From Antedon mediterranea (taxonomy: Eukaryota; Animalia; Echinodermata): a stretch of DNA of 64,000 bases. Below are positions 29,701 through 43,800 of the stretch, one piece after another; the first letter of the stretch is position 1, and each line of letters opens with the position of its first letter. Under the pieces are notes generated by a model, which was not told the DNA's origin, did not search any database, and worked only from the letters and a program-made list of their open reading frames with translations. The DNA is taken from NCBI RefSeq assembly GCF_964355755.1, contig NC_092679.1:11453432-11517431 (forward strand), written 5' to 3'. A program made the position numbers and the translations under genes.

Positions 29701-32700
29701 TAAGTTTTTATACTTTTTTGTAAGTTTGTTCGTGAATAACAAGGCGATATACATGGCTGCAGTCGCATGCTCAAGTTATTGTTTACTAACCAACCGACCG
29801 ACCGACCGACCAACCGACCAACATAGTGAGCTGTAGAGTAGCGTTGCACGCGAATAAAAACACCTACATTAGACCATATAACAATAATTAATTGTTTATC
29901 ATCCCCTCCCTACCGATTAGTAAATGTCTTTCTTTTTGTAATAAGAATGCTTTTAAGTTAGGCTAATACAAGTAATAGAATATAGTTGGTTAATGATTTG
30001 TTTCTATCGTGTACAATCCGGGCTGTGACAATACATTTTCACCTCAGTACTGCAGTACATATACCTTAGAAAAAAAAAGGGGGCGGGGAGACAATTGAGG
30101 GAATGAGATTATAAACAAAAATGTGTTATGCATTTCAATTCCATGTTTATGCCATTTTTGTGTTTTGTTTTGTTCTGGTACAGTAATGCTAGAAAAATGC
30201 TAACATCTACAACTTCGTATGCGATAGTCATGTCTCTTTTGTTACCATTCGACAAGAGACAGTATTTTATGAAATAAACCTGTATTTGTTCTATTTTCAT
30301 GTTTTGTAGGCCTATATGTATGTTTATATTTGGTTTTTCCGACTCAATCATCATTCAATCACAATAGATTTGTATATCATAATTATTTAGTACCGGTATG
30401 TTTTCTATATCATAGTATTTGTATTAGATATAAGATATTTCTAAGAGTAACGAAGTTGTAGGATTAATACATAAATAGATAGACCTTTCAGTGCATAACG
30501 AAATGTGATATTATACTCGTAACTTAACATTTAACAGAAAATAAATGTAAATTTAAACGATCGATATTAACTAAACAACGTTTTTCTGAAGAGGGGGTAA
30601 ATCAGCCTTTATCGAATGCAACTCTATAATATGATTTAATAAGATGTATGGGTTTTTATTACACGTGGTTTGATTGGTGACGTAATGGAAGCAATTATAT
30701 ATCGTCACTGTAGTTCATTCACCAAGTTGCTAAAAAATGTTGAATTACAAGAATTGTTTGTGTCTGTTATAATAAAACTTTGCTATGTAGAAAATGCAAT
30801 CAAATAGACAGCAGGAAAACCAAACCGATTTGTATATCCGCCATTTCCCTTGCTGTTTCCACAGGCTAAACTGTGAGATTTAAAAAACTAGGGCTATTTA
30901 GACTCAACATACACGCTTTAAAACATAGACTGAGCAAATTGATAGTGATGGTACTACGCTGATAAAACTCATCACGTGACGTATTAATTTAAGGTTGGTT
31001 GCCATAATGACGCAACGCAAGGACGTAAGCGCCACGCTATCGCTATCGTTGCGTCCCATAGTGGGAATCTCACACTTTTTTTCGTTTCACGCTGCTGTGT
31101 TAGATAATGGAAAAGCATATTTTTATATATAATTAAACGGCGCGCCGTGAAGTATAAAATGTAGCTTTAATGGGTAAAAAGTTTTTTAAAATCCGCTTTA
31201 AAGGTTTTTATTATATATAAATTATAAAATACAATTATTTTGTAATATTCTGGGGTACAAAAATCATCAAATCAAAACATTTCATCCATTGATAGCTAGC
31301 TAATTATATTACATAATATTTTTATCACTTTCAACATTAATATCATTACCATTTTATTACTGATTAATACAATGTGATTGAATAATTGTATTAAACAATG
31401 TTATTTTATGCGTATGTGTAAAATAAAAAGAAATTTTTAATTAATTTAATTAGAGAAATTAATTAAAAGAAAAAAATGATCATAAATATACTCTAAGTAA
31501 TAGTTTTTATTAAATTTATGTACAAAAAATGTTTAAATAAATCAAATAATGTATGTAGGCTACAGATAGTGATATGAATTTTTGTAACTACCGAGTTTAG
31601 TTTTTATACAGGGTACTTATATTACTGTTATGTACACATTTTTAAGACAATAAAAGTGGGAAAAATAACAAAATAAAAAAAAAAAAGGTTTAAAATAAAA
31701 AATACATGGATATTTAACTTAAAAGAGATCTTTAATGAAGAGATAACTAAATTCTGTTGTTGGTGTTTATTATTCATTGACGATTGAATGTTGCTATAGG
31801 AAACTGATGACAATTGACATACTTTAACCATGAAAAGCATTTGTTCGTAACTTAAAAGTTTCTTTTAGACCCGAATAGGTGAGATAGGATTTCTCTGACG
31901 AGACTGAATGAATTCTGTATTAACTAGCTTCTACACAAATAAATTGTTATTATTCGACATATAATTATTCTGATAATAATATTATTGTTCATTTAATTGA
32001 TTTGTTATTAGTTATTTATAGTTTCTGTTGAATTGCCATTTTTTTAACGGGACTAAATAACTATTTTGTTTATATTAATTATTTCAGTATTGTTTTATGT
32101 TATCGTAATTATATCAGTTTATAGACTTGTGTCTGATACAAGACAATGGCGTGTTATGTCTGCCCTGTACAGTGATGTTAGAATACAACAATCTTTGATG
32201 CTGGTGTTGATTCTTTTATCAACTTCATCAGGTCTAGTAGGCATTTCAATAAATTGACAATAAAACGAACATATTGATGATGCTGAAGTAACTTATCGTA
32301 AGACACTTTTTAAACATCATTAATGAAAAATTGATAAAGACAGACCCCACTATAGCTTAGTTGATGCAATGATATTGTACCAAACTTGTCTGATTTTAAT
32401 TATATTTATAACGAATTTTGGCCGTGGAAAAGGTACAGCATACAAATATCAAAGAAGATTATTGAAGAAGATATATTTCTATACCCATGGGGTAAATTTA
32501 TACATGGGTGCTTCATTGCCTTAATGAAATTAATATGTATAATAGTTGTATACAGTTAATGCACATACAGCAAACCAGCTCAATCGCCACATACTACAAA
32601 CAATTAAGTAACTTATATAAGGCCTATTTTATCTTCATTCTCTTTGAGACAGTAATCAAATTATTGTCCTCAACCTTTTAGTGCCATAAAGTAAGTGTGC

Positions 32701-33632
32701 TTATATTCATTCATTTCGACACCAATTGGTATAACATTACATTCAGTTATTACTCCAAAATATGAATAATAATATTCAGTCACCTTTAATCAACTAACGC
32801 AAAACTAAATGATGTGCACACACACGCGGGAACACATCATCAGATAATCTATTCTGATAACTTCCGTTGACCATCTCAAATCCATACCTCAGCATATAAA
32901 ACTCATAATTATATTTCATAATGTCCTAAACAATAATCAAATTAGTGTTACAGTAACTTATTTCAAATTTGTCCCGTATAGATTTTACTTGTACCTAATG
33001 GTACTGGCAGGTTTGAAAATGTATAAAAGTAGGTCGAGGCTAAACCTTCAAGCATATGATAAGAGACTGTAAATATTGAAGCTGTCTGATAGTGGTATTG
33101 TCAATTTTAATTCAGTAATTACATTTTACTAAATTAATTACAGGTAGCACAAACTAAAACCACGGATTCTCATCGAACTTCCGATGTTATTTTGAAATAG
33201 ATTTCTACTATTTGAAGTTCGAATTTTGCTTATTATAATGTAACCTAGTTTAAAAGTGTCCTATTTAAAAAAACAACATTATTACTGTGTACTACAAGTT
33301 TATTTTCAAATCATCTTTAATATAATTATAATAAAACAGTTACAAAGTCTTGTAGGACTCAATATTAACACAACAACATTTGTAGGTTTATAAATATTTA
33401 ATAAATACACCGTTTAGTGGGATCAATGTATAACCAATATCATAATTATAATAGTATAACTATGCATTCTATAGCATAATACTATATTATTGGTTGTTGT
33501 TCTACTTTACTTTAATGTAACTTAGCTAAGCTTTCAAAGAACCTATTATAATACAACAAAAAAACACAATGTACACATAACTACGAAGAGTGTATACATA
33601 AAAACTGTGCACATCTTGTATCTGACAATTTG

Positions 33633-33664
<32 letters not shown>

Positions 33665-33786
33665 GGACTAAAATAAATCATTTACTACCAAATTGTCTTA
33701 CATATACCGGTAGTGGACTAAAACAAAATTCTTATAAATAAGTATGTTACTATATATAGTGAAACTGTAAAAAAAATCTTACCCAT
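11744..33786 (-). CDS. Pax1/9: Paired-box transcription factor Pax1/9, 5 coding exons, ~358 aa
   Basis: Minus-strand exons: 33786-33783 (GCC ATG G|GTAAG), 28686-28078 (paired domain plus octapeptide), 13090-12939, 12505-12268, 11817-11744 (TAA). Total 1077 nt; phases 1,1,0,1 are consistent. The protein starts [13 protein letters not shown]. Exons 3-5 rest on splice sites and open frame only. Confidence 0.88.
17256..17327. repeat. Short tandem repeat, (C/A)ATTCACAACACAACATATTGCA-like unit x3
   Basis: ATTCACAACACAACATATTGCAG occurs three times consecutively. Confidence 0.85.
24467..24546. repeat. 37-bp direct duplication
   Basis: ACGACATACACTGGGCTAGAATTATGCTTAGATGTTA at 24467-24503 and 24510-24546. 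Confidence 0.9.
25965..26285. repeat. Degenerate ~320-bp palindrome (MITE-like) in Pax1/9 intron 2
   Basis: Perfect 20-bp inverted repeat CAATCAAATGACGTCATGAT (26097-26116) / ATCATGACGTCATTTGATTG (26138-26157). Outer arms pair imperfectly (AACTATGGATTACCAT with ATGGTTATCCTATAGTT; TTACATAAA with TTTATGTAA). Confidence 0.65.
28078..28686 (-). CDS. Pax1/9: Pax1/9 exon 2: paired domain and octapeptide
   Basis: [79 protein letters not shown]...[39 protein letters not shown], then [12 protein letters not shown]. No homeodomain, as in the Pax1/9 class. Acceptor TTTTCCACAG, donor GTAAGT. Confidence 0.98.
29738..29860 (-). mobile_element. Small HINE/DINE-1-like non-autonomous Helentron with (GGTC)n microsatellite
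   Basis: Minus strand: T run, 5' hairpin TCGCGTGCAACGCTA, (GGTC)n/(GGTT) repeat, 3' subterminal GCATGCGACT, short stem-loop GCCATGTATATCGCC, then TTGTT. This is the HINE layout. Confidence 0.6.
33634..33663. repeat. (AAT)n microsatellite
   Basis: Directly visible run. Confidence 0.9.
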
Positions 33787-34353
33787 GGCACTACAATATA
33801 ATTCGCTTGTCCAAACAGTAACGAAACTAGATAGATCTGTACCTATTTCTTTCTCCTGTGCAGTGTGGGAGATGAAAAGGTCAGAAAAAAGCACACAAAA
33901 TGAACAAAAGAGGCTTGCAGAATACGACGATGGTGAAGGATTAATGAAGGCTGATGTAAGTGCGTCCAGACCCAAGCAAGCGATGACATAAAGTGTGTTA
34001 AACTTAAACCTCTCAATGTAGCCCTGGTGTACTTTAGCAACGCGGATCCAAACTAATCCTGGCCCACGATTGGTCAATGCTTTACCGCTAGGAAGTCTCT
34101 CGACCCTTTTTTCGTTAAAATATCTTGTTTTGGAAAACAATTTTTATACTTTTATACATAATAAATATAATAATATCGTTTGTTAGAATCCCATTGTTTT
34201 CTATGCACCGTGTTTATATTAGTGTTAATAAATATATTAGGCATATTAGCTTAACCATTGCAAGAAGCTATTTTATATTCCTAAGTATAAAGGTGTGTTG
34301 GTGGGTGTGAGTATGTTGAAGAGGAGGGAGGGGAGTAGCGGGGTGATTTTGAC

Positions 34354-34392
34354 AATTGAATTGAATTGAATTGAATTGAATTCAATTCAATT
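34354..34392. repeat. (TTGAA)n run followed by its inverse (TTCAA)n
   Basis: AATTGAATTGAATTGAATTGAATTGAATTCAATTCAATT. Confidence 0.8.
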
Positions 34393-37300
34393 GGCTTAAC
34401 TATAGTGCATATTATAATTCAAATTCATATTTGTAAACAAATTATTAATTATTGTTAGTACCGCTTTATGATTCCGTTAAAGAAGTGGTAAGCCTATCGG
34501 TGCATTGTAGAGAAACCAGCTCTGCCACTTTTTTTCTGGCTGTTTTACATTATCGTTTTGATTTAGCTTTTTGCTTATTTTATTTTTATTATTTATCTTC
34601 TCGAAAACTCTTTTTACAGATGCAGATAATTATGGTAGCAACTACGAAATAGAAACAATTCCCCTATATCTGATTCACTGTTTGTTTTCCCAATTTGCCG
34701 TCCGCCGCAAACGAACGTGTCACACAACAAAAGGCAAACCATGGATATTATGTTTATCATTATCCGTATCTATAACTGTTCATTGTGATTTGATAAACCC
34801 AGGTCGGTTTATGAAATCCATGGGCTATTGCCGTACTGGCTAATTAATGTATACATGGTTTGTTATGTTTATGGAGTTCAAATCAAAATACCGTATGTAT
34901 ATGTACCCTACATGTTCTGGCTTTGTACAACGTCAAAATCCTATTTTTTTATATTGGTTTATATTTGGCCATTCTGTGTTTCCCAAAAAAAAAATCTTTC
35001 CTTAAAACGTTTATAAACATGAAATAATTATGGTTTTATAAGCCACTTATTTAGATATTCAATTTAAATTATTATTTTTATTTACGTACAAAATATATGT
35101 GCGCCCTGAATATAAACTGCTACAATTATAATCGTTCAATCCGAAAAAAATGACATTTGTAAAAATAATATACTCGATTCTCAGGGCTGTATCTCTACAT
35201 ATTATAGTTATTGCCAATTAATAGAAATCATTTGTTCTCCCTTGTATCACATGTGGTGCCTGTATCATATGAGGTTAGGTTATCTAATACTATTAATGCT
35301 GTATTTCCCGACATTTAAGATATACTAAAGAAATGAAATACAGTGCTAATCTATACACTCAACTCACAAACCTAACTTAACCGACATTCTAAAAACAAAG
35401 TGTATTGTATAATTGTTTATCTTCAATATTGTGTGCGTTAATATTAATAATATCTATGTATAGCATTACAATATTTTGTTTAAAGACATTGATATTAAGG
35501 TTTAAAAATTTAACAATAGGTTGCCAAACAAGAATCCCGTGTGTGATGACACACTCATATCAAGCTATATACTATTTGTTCCTGATTTTATATCTCATAA
35601 TTGTAACAGTTGACGATGCTGGAACATTTGTAAAAATATTTATATGAAAGTATTTTTTATAATTACATTGTTTTTTTCATGTCTTTCAGCATTCTCTAAA
35701 AACTTTATTTCTTATTATTGATGAATTGGAATTGCTTGTATTGATCATCTCTAATCATGCTGTTTGGAAACCAATTTCAGCCTTCGTCTCCATTTAGAAA
35801 TCAAACATCAAAACGGGTTAACCCCAAAATATTCTGGAACCTATTTAATTAGTATAGTCGGTACTTGTTTCGGAACAACGTATCCATACTCACACAAACA
35901 ACCAAACGCACAGTACTTTATGAATCATGATATAGGTATTACATGGATGTATCTAAATTATATTTTAAAAATGATCAGTGAAGTTTTGTTTCAAACGGTA
36001 TATACAAACCCTCCTAACAAAAATAATGACATTTTATGATGTGTTTAATTAAATAATGTATGCCTTTATCACATTGATAAGTTACATTGAACCATGATGG
36101 ATACATATTTGATATATTTACTTTTAAAAAACATTTGCAACTTGTATCAAGTTGTATAATGTACGGTATAGACAAATAACACATTACCGGCATATAATTA
36201 AAAATGTTACCGGTATAGTAAATCATGGTATAACGTACGGTATGTAAACCGTTACATTCCTATAATTTAAAATAAGAAAACTTGTCGTATGATTTTGCAT
36301 TTAGAATGGTGTGTTAAGCTGTCGATTGATCCACAACGTCCTACTTTGAAGGCCGTACACATGTAGGACGGGTGAAATTGTCATGTAAACCCTTTGTGGT
36401 ACAATGCAACGCTGTGTTTATTACAAGTGCAAATTTGTATTTTATGTTTTGTGGACAAATACCTTAATTGGAATGTTTTTATTTAGGTTATTTAAGGAAA
36501 CTTACTGAAAGGTGTTGATAAACAAAACACAATTGTTCTAAGTTTATAGTCGTTTGTCTTATGTGGTTTCAAGCAATGCATTGTCAATAAACTTCTCTAA
36601 GGATGGTGTTATAACATAATCATAATCACTCTGGAATTCATGAGTTTTTAGTGATTTATAAATGTAGATGCAATTATTGATGTTCTATTAATATCTAACT
36701 TACAATACTGACATTGAGAGAAGATATTATTCTGGAACGCATGCACATACGCAAATATACATGCACTATTGCGTCTTCTGAAAGCAAACATCATCCCAAT
36801 TCTCTTGTTCTAAAGCGTACGTTTAAGTCGATCCTGTTGGTTCCAATCAACGTCGTTTTTTTTAAAGCGCGAATTTGTTTTAGAGGGCTAAGAGTTAGGT
36901 TGGAATATTTGTCGTCTATAGACACGATACTGCAGGTTGGTTATAGTCACTAGAACTGATACGGTATAGTGTACGGCAATAAACTCGTTTAGCCTACATG
37001 TATAATTTAACTTTCAATGTTTAGCATAAATCTAGTCTTATACTATTTATATGTATATAACATGGATTCAATTTACTTTGAGTATGTGTCTATAGTGGGT
37101 CTATCAACTTGATTGAGTTTGTCTCATTTGTTTGAGATATCCAGGAAATCAAATCAAATAAAAAAAACAACACTTGTACAAAATGGACAAGATGTTAGTT
37201 TTTCAGTATCCAGTGTTATTTACTTAAACATCTGCTTTTTATTGTAATTAGCAACCAACCAGGAAAGTGTTTGATTAACGAATTACATCTATAATAACTG

Positions 37301-37879
37301 TATTCCGTTAAACAACAGAAAATAGGTTATCGTCTTATTAATATAACCTTTTACACTTAAGTACATTGAATTTGTTTAGATAGTGTAAATAATGTTATGC
37401 CATATTGTACCTTCAGGCTGTGTTTTGACTCAGCTAAGTATTTTTTTTAATGATTACCAAATTTAGTATTATCAGACTCCTCCCTGGTATTACTAAACAG
37501 TGTTTACAATGATTTCAAGAGAATAAATTACTAGGATGATATCTATAGCAATTGTAAGTCAACATTTACAAATTAGGTTTAATCAAGTTTAGCATGGATT
37601 GGTTATCACTTTTTAGTAATAGTTTTATGTATTTTTCGATAATATATTCTTATTGATGTCCTTTCGGTAAACTTCAACAATACCACGTGAGCACTGTTCA
37701 AATTGTTTTCCAACTTTCCAATATGCCAACTAAATTATGCTATTAATCAATACCTGGCGAAATACTATGACTTTGATTTGTTCTACCGACGGTCTATACA
37801 CCGTGCATTTTGCAAGGTCTGACGGCAAGATACAACCTATTAATATACCCACCCCGTACCGTAACAAATTAAAACTAAA

Positions 37880-40800
37880 CTAGATTTGAACTCGTCACTA
37901 CGGACGAGTTAGGTTATCCGCAGCGCAAAGGCCACGTGCACGTCATACGTTAGAATATTGCGCGCAGAAAAACGATTAAGGCATTGAAACAATTTCAGTG
38001 TGCTCTCTATTTTTCGTCACCTCTAAGTATATACGGTATACACTATATACTGTATACGTACTACATACAGTGCAGAATAGGTGAAAATAAGTGACCAAAT
38101 TTTATTGACGCTTTTGAACATGATGACGTCATCACAATTTTAAAAATGGTGAATCTTGCGAAAGATAATTGATTGACCTAGACAACATAAAAAAATGGGG
38201 GGGAAATGGAATACAAATGAGTGGAGATGCGCTATATTAAATGTGACGAGCTACGAGGAAAGAGACAAAAATCCTATATTTTATATTCGAGTGGCCATAC
38301 GATGACGTCAGAATGTCCGGTTAGCCATATTGATGCATTATTTGATATCTGCAACTCATCTACTACCAGAATATGTAATTATAAAAAAGTTCACCACGTA
38401 GTTTAGAATCTATGACTGTTTAAAAAAAGACATAATTTTGACAAATTTTTGAACTTTTTCATCAAAAATGCGCGTAAATTGTTTAATTCTACGTGCTCGT
38501 ATGACGTGATTTTAAGTCGAAATTGTTTGAAAGCTGGTAAATTTTCTAAAAAAGACAGGAAAAACAAAAATCAACCAAAAAAATGATGTTTTTGCGCTAC
38601 GTGCGCACGTGCGCGTAAAAAAATTGCGCACGCGTGGGAATTTTTGAAATGCTCAAAATGACATGAAACGCGTAGAAAGTTGATTAGATATTGATTTTTC
38701 GCATTTTGAAATTTCAAATACGCGTGCGCGCGTAACTTTTTATGAAACATGCCATTTCTAATCCATAAAAAGTTTGGGCTTGATATGACTTAAATGTTCA
38801 CCAAGTTTCAATACAAAATGACTTTCGGTTTTTAATCTATGATCAATCATTTAAATTCATAAAACCGCGCGTAACTTACGCTGCGCAACTCAAAATTCAT
38901 AAAAAAAAGTTTCTTGCACATCTACAGCTACAGGGTAATCTTTTGACAAAGTTATACAATCATATATTTGCCAGAGTTAGAGATACGCTGCGAACAAAAT
39001 TCGTGGAAAAAAAGAAGAACATAGAAAAAAAACTAGATTTGAACTCGTCACTACGGACGAGTTAGGTTATCCGCAGCGCAAAAGCCACGTGCACGTCATA
39101 CGTTAGAATAGTGCGCGCAAAAAAATAAAACGATTATGGCATGCATTGAAAAATGTTAGTGCGCTCTCTATGTTGCGTCGCGTCTAAGTATATACGGTAT
39201 AACACTATATACTGTATACGTACTACATACAGTGCAGAATAGGTGAAAATAAGTGACCAAAGTTATTGACGCATTTGAACATGATGACGTCATCACAATT
39301 TTTAAAATGGTGGATCATGCGAAAGGTAATTGATTGATCTAGACAATATAAAAAAATTGAGTGAAATGGAATAAGGATAAGTAGAGATGCGCTCTATTAA
39401 ATTGACGAGCTATGACGAAAGAGAAAAAAATCCTATATTTTATATTCGGGTGGCCATACGATGACGTCACAATGTCTGGTTAGCCATATCAATGCATGAT
39501 TCGAGAAAAACAACTCATCTACTTCCAGAATCGGAAATTTTAAATATTTTCACCTCTGAGTTTAGAATCTATGACTTTTTAAAAAAAGGCATAATTTTCA
39601 CAAATTTTTGAACTTTTTCATCAAAAACGCGCGCAAATTGTTCAATTCTACGTGCTCGTATGACGTGATTTTAAGTCGAAATTCATTGAAAATTGGTAAA
39701 TGTACTAGAAAAGGCTGAAAAAACAAAAATCAAGCAAAAAAAAGATGTTTTTGCGCTACGTGCGCACGCGCGCCTAAAAAATATGCGCACGCGTGGGAAT
39801 TTTTGAAAAGCTCAAAATGACCTGAAACGCGTAGAAAGTTGATTAGAAATGAATTTTTCGCAACTTGAAATTTTAAACGCGCGTGCGCGCGTAACTTTAT
39901 GTCCAACATGCCATTTTTAATCCATAGAAAGTTTGCCCTTGATATGACTTAAATGTTCACCAAGTGTCATTACAAAATGACTTTTGCTTTTTAGTCTATG
40001 TTAAATACGCGAAATTCATAAAATCGCGCGTAGCTTACGCTGCGCGACTCAAAATTCAAAAAAAAAAGTTTGTTGCACATCTACAGCTACAGAGCAATCT
40101 TTTGACAAAGTTATACAATCATATGTTGGCCAAAATTAGAGATACGCTGCGAACAAAAATCGTGGAAAGAAAGAAGAACATAGAAAAAAAAAAAGAAAAA
40201 AAAAAAGATCCTGACAATAACAAGGGGTTATCCGCCAAGTGCGGATAACCAAAAAACTAGATTTGAACTCGTCACTACGGACGAGTTAGGTTATCCGCAG
40301 TCCTATAGCCACGTGCACGTCATACGTTGGAATATTGCGCGCAGAAAAACGATTATGCCATTGAAAAAATGTGAGTGCGCTCTCTATTTTGTGTCACGTC
40401 AAGTGTATACGGTATACACTATATACCGTATACGTACTACATACAGTTCAGAATAGGTGAAAATAAGTGACCAAAGTTATTGACGCTTTTGCACATGATG
40501 ACGTCATAACAATTTTTAAAATGGTCAATCATGCGAAAGATAATTGATTGATATAGACAATATAAAGAAATTGAGGGCAATGGAATACGGATAAGTGGAG
40601 ATGCGCTCTATTAAATGTGATGAGCTATACGAAAGAGAAAAAAATCCTATATTTTATATTCGAGTGGCCATACGATGACGTCACAATGTCCTGATAGCCA
40701 TATTGATACATGATTCGATATCTACAACTCATCTACTACCAGAATATGTAATTATAAAAAAGTTTACCACGTAGTTTAGAATCTATGACTGTTTAAAAAA

Positions 40801-43800
40801 AGGCATAATTTTGACAAATTTTTGGACTTTTTCATCAAAATTGCGCGCAAATTGTTTAATTCTACGTGCTCGTATGACGAGATTTTAAGGCAAAATTGAT
40901 TGAAAATTGGTAAATATATTATAAAAGACAGAAAAAACAAAAATCAAGCAAAAAAAAGATGTTTTTGCGCTACGTGCGCACGCGCGCGTAAAAAAATTGC
41001 GCAAGCCTGGGAATTTTTGAAATGCTCAAAATGATATGAAACGCGTAGAAAATTGATTAGAAGTTGATTTTTTGCATTTTGAAATTTTAAACGCGCGTGC
41101 GCGCGTAACTTTCTGTGAAACATGCAATTTTTAATCCATAGAAAGTTTGCGCTTGATATGACTTAAATTTTCACAAAGTTTCAATACAAAATAACTTTCG
41201 GTTTTTAATCTATGATCAATCATTTAAATTCATAAAATCGCGCGTAACTTACGCTGCGCAACTCAAAATTCATAAAAAAAAGTTTCTTGCACATCTACAG
41301 CAACAGGGCAATCTTTTGACAAAGTTATACAATCATATGTTGGCCAGAGTTAGAGATACGCTGCGAACAAAATTCGTGGAAAGAAAGAAGAACATAGAAA
41401 AAAAAACTAGATTTGAACTCGTCACTACGGACGAGTTAGGTTATCCGCAGCCCAAAAGCCACGTGCACGTCATACGTTAGAATATTGCACACAGAAAAAC
41501 ATTATTATGACTACTATACTATACTATAGGTCCCTGGACCTATTTGTTTATCACAAATAGCCAATCAGTACTTAGTCTTATTTGGCCTGCTACATTATAG
41601 CAGTAGGTAGGAAACTAGATTTGAACTCGTCACTACGGACGAGTTAGGTTATCCGCAGCGCAAAAGCCACGTGCACGTCGTACGCTAGAATATTGCGCGC
41701 ATAAAAACGATTATGCCATTGAAAAAAAATGTTAGTGCGCTCTCTATTTTGTGTCACGTCTGAGTATATACGGTATACACTATAAACTAACTGTATACGT
41801 ACTACATACAGAGCAGAATAGGTGAAAATAAGGGATCCAAGTTATTGACTTTTTTGGACATGATGACGTCATCACAATATAAAAAATGGTAGATTATGCG
41901 AAAGATAATTGATTGGCCTAGATAATATAACAAAATGGGGAGAAATGGAATACGGATAAGTGGAGATGCGCTCTATTAAATGTGATGAGTTATGCGAAAG
42001 AGACAAAAATCCTATATTTTATATTCGAGTGGCCATACGATGACGTCACAATGTCCGGTTAGCCATATCGATACATGATTTGATATCTACAACTCATTTA
42101 CTTCCAGAATCTGAAATTTTAAAAATGTTCATTACGGAGTTTAGAATTTATGACTTTTTAAAAAAAGGCTCAATTTTCACTAATTTTTGAACTTTTTCAT
42201 CAAAAACGCGTACAAATTGTTCAATTCTACGTGCTCGTATGACGTGATTTTATGTCGAAATTGATTAAAAATTGGTAAAATTACTAGAAAAGGCTGGAAA
42301 AACCAAAATCAAGCAAAAAAAAGATGTTTTTGCGCTAAGTGCGCACGCGCGCGTAAAAAAATTGCGCACGCGTGGGAATTTTTGAAATGCTCAAAATGAC
42401 CTGAAACGCATAGAAAGTTGATCAGAAATTGATTTTACGCATTTTGAAATTTTAAACGCGCGTGCGCGCGTAACTTTCTGTCAAACATGCCATTTTTAAT
42501 CCATAGAAAGTTTGAGCATGTTATGACTTAAATTTTCTCTAAGTTTCAATACAAAATGACTTTTAGTTTTTATTCTATGATCAACCATTGAAATTCATAA
42601 AATTGCGCGTAACTTACGCTGCGCAACTCGGACGTGACCGAAAACCTTATTACGACATCTTCAAATAGAGGTTAATCTTCTGATAAAGTTATAAAATGTT
42701 ATGTTAAGAAGATTTAGAGATACACTAGCAACAAAATTTGTGGAAAGAAAGAAGAAAATAGAAAAAAAAGAAAAATAAAAAAAAAAAAAAAAAAGATCCT
42801 GACAATAACAAGGGGTTATCCGCCAAGTGCGGATAACCAAAAAGATCCTGACAATAACAAGAGGTTATCCGCCAAGTGCGGATAACCAACTAGATTTGAA
42901 CTCGTCACTACGGACGAGTTAGGTTATCCGCAGTCCTATAGCCACGTGCACGTCATACGTTGGAATATTGCGCGCAGAAAAACGATTATGCCATTGAAAA
43001 AATGTGAGTGCGCTCTCTATTTTGTGTCACGTCAAGTGTATACGGTATACACTATATACCGTATACGTACTACATACAGTTCAGAATAGGTGAAAATAAG
43101 TGACCAAAGTTATTGACGCTTTTGCACATGATGACGTCATAACAATTTTTAAAATGGTCAATCATGCGAAAGATAATTGATTGATATAGACAATATAAAG
43201 AAATTGAGGGCAATGGAATACGGATAAGTGGAGATGCGCTCTATTAAATGTGATGAGCTATACGAAAGAGAAAAAAATCCTATATTTTATATTCGAGTGG
43301 CCATACGATGACGTCACAATGTCCTGATAGCCATATTGATACATGATTCGATATCTACAACTCATCTACTACCAGAATATGTAATTATAAAAAAGTTTAC
43401 CACGTAGTTTAGAATCTATGACTGTTTAAAAAAAGGCATAATTTTGACAAATTTTTGGACTTTTTCATCAAAATTGCGCGCAAATTGTTTAATTCTACGT
43501 GCTCGTATGACGAGATTTTAAGGCAAAATTGATTGAAAATTGGTAAATATATTATAAAAGACAGAAAAAACAAAAATCAAGCAAAAAAAAGATGTTTTTG
43601 CGCTACGTGCGCACGCGCGCGTAAAAAAATTGCGCAAGCCTGGGAATTTTTGAAATGCTCAAAATGATATGAAACGCGTAGAAAATTGATTAGAAGTTGA
43701 TTTTTTGCATTTTGAAATTTTAAACGCGCGTGCGCGCGTAACTTTCTGTGAAACATGCAATTTTTAATCCATAGAAAGTTTGCGCTTGATATGACTTAAA

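Noticed and set aside
29444-29836. 130-aa ORF on the plus strand
   Set aside because: Low-complexity AT-rich translation running into a (CCGA)n repeat, antisense within Pax1/9 intron 1.
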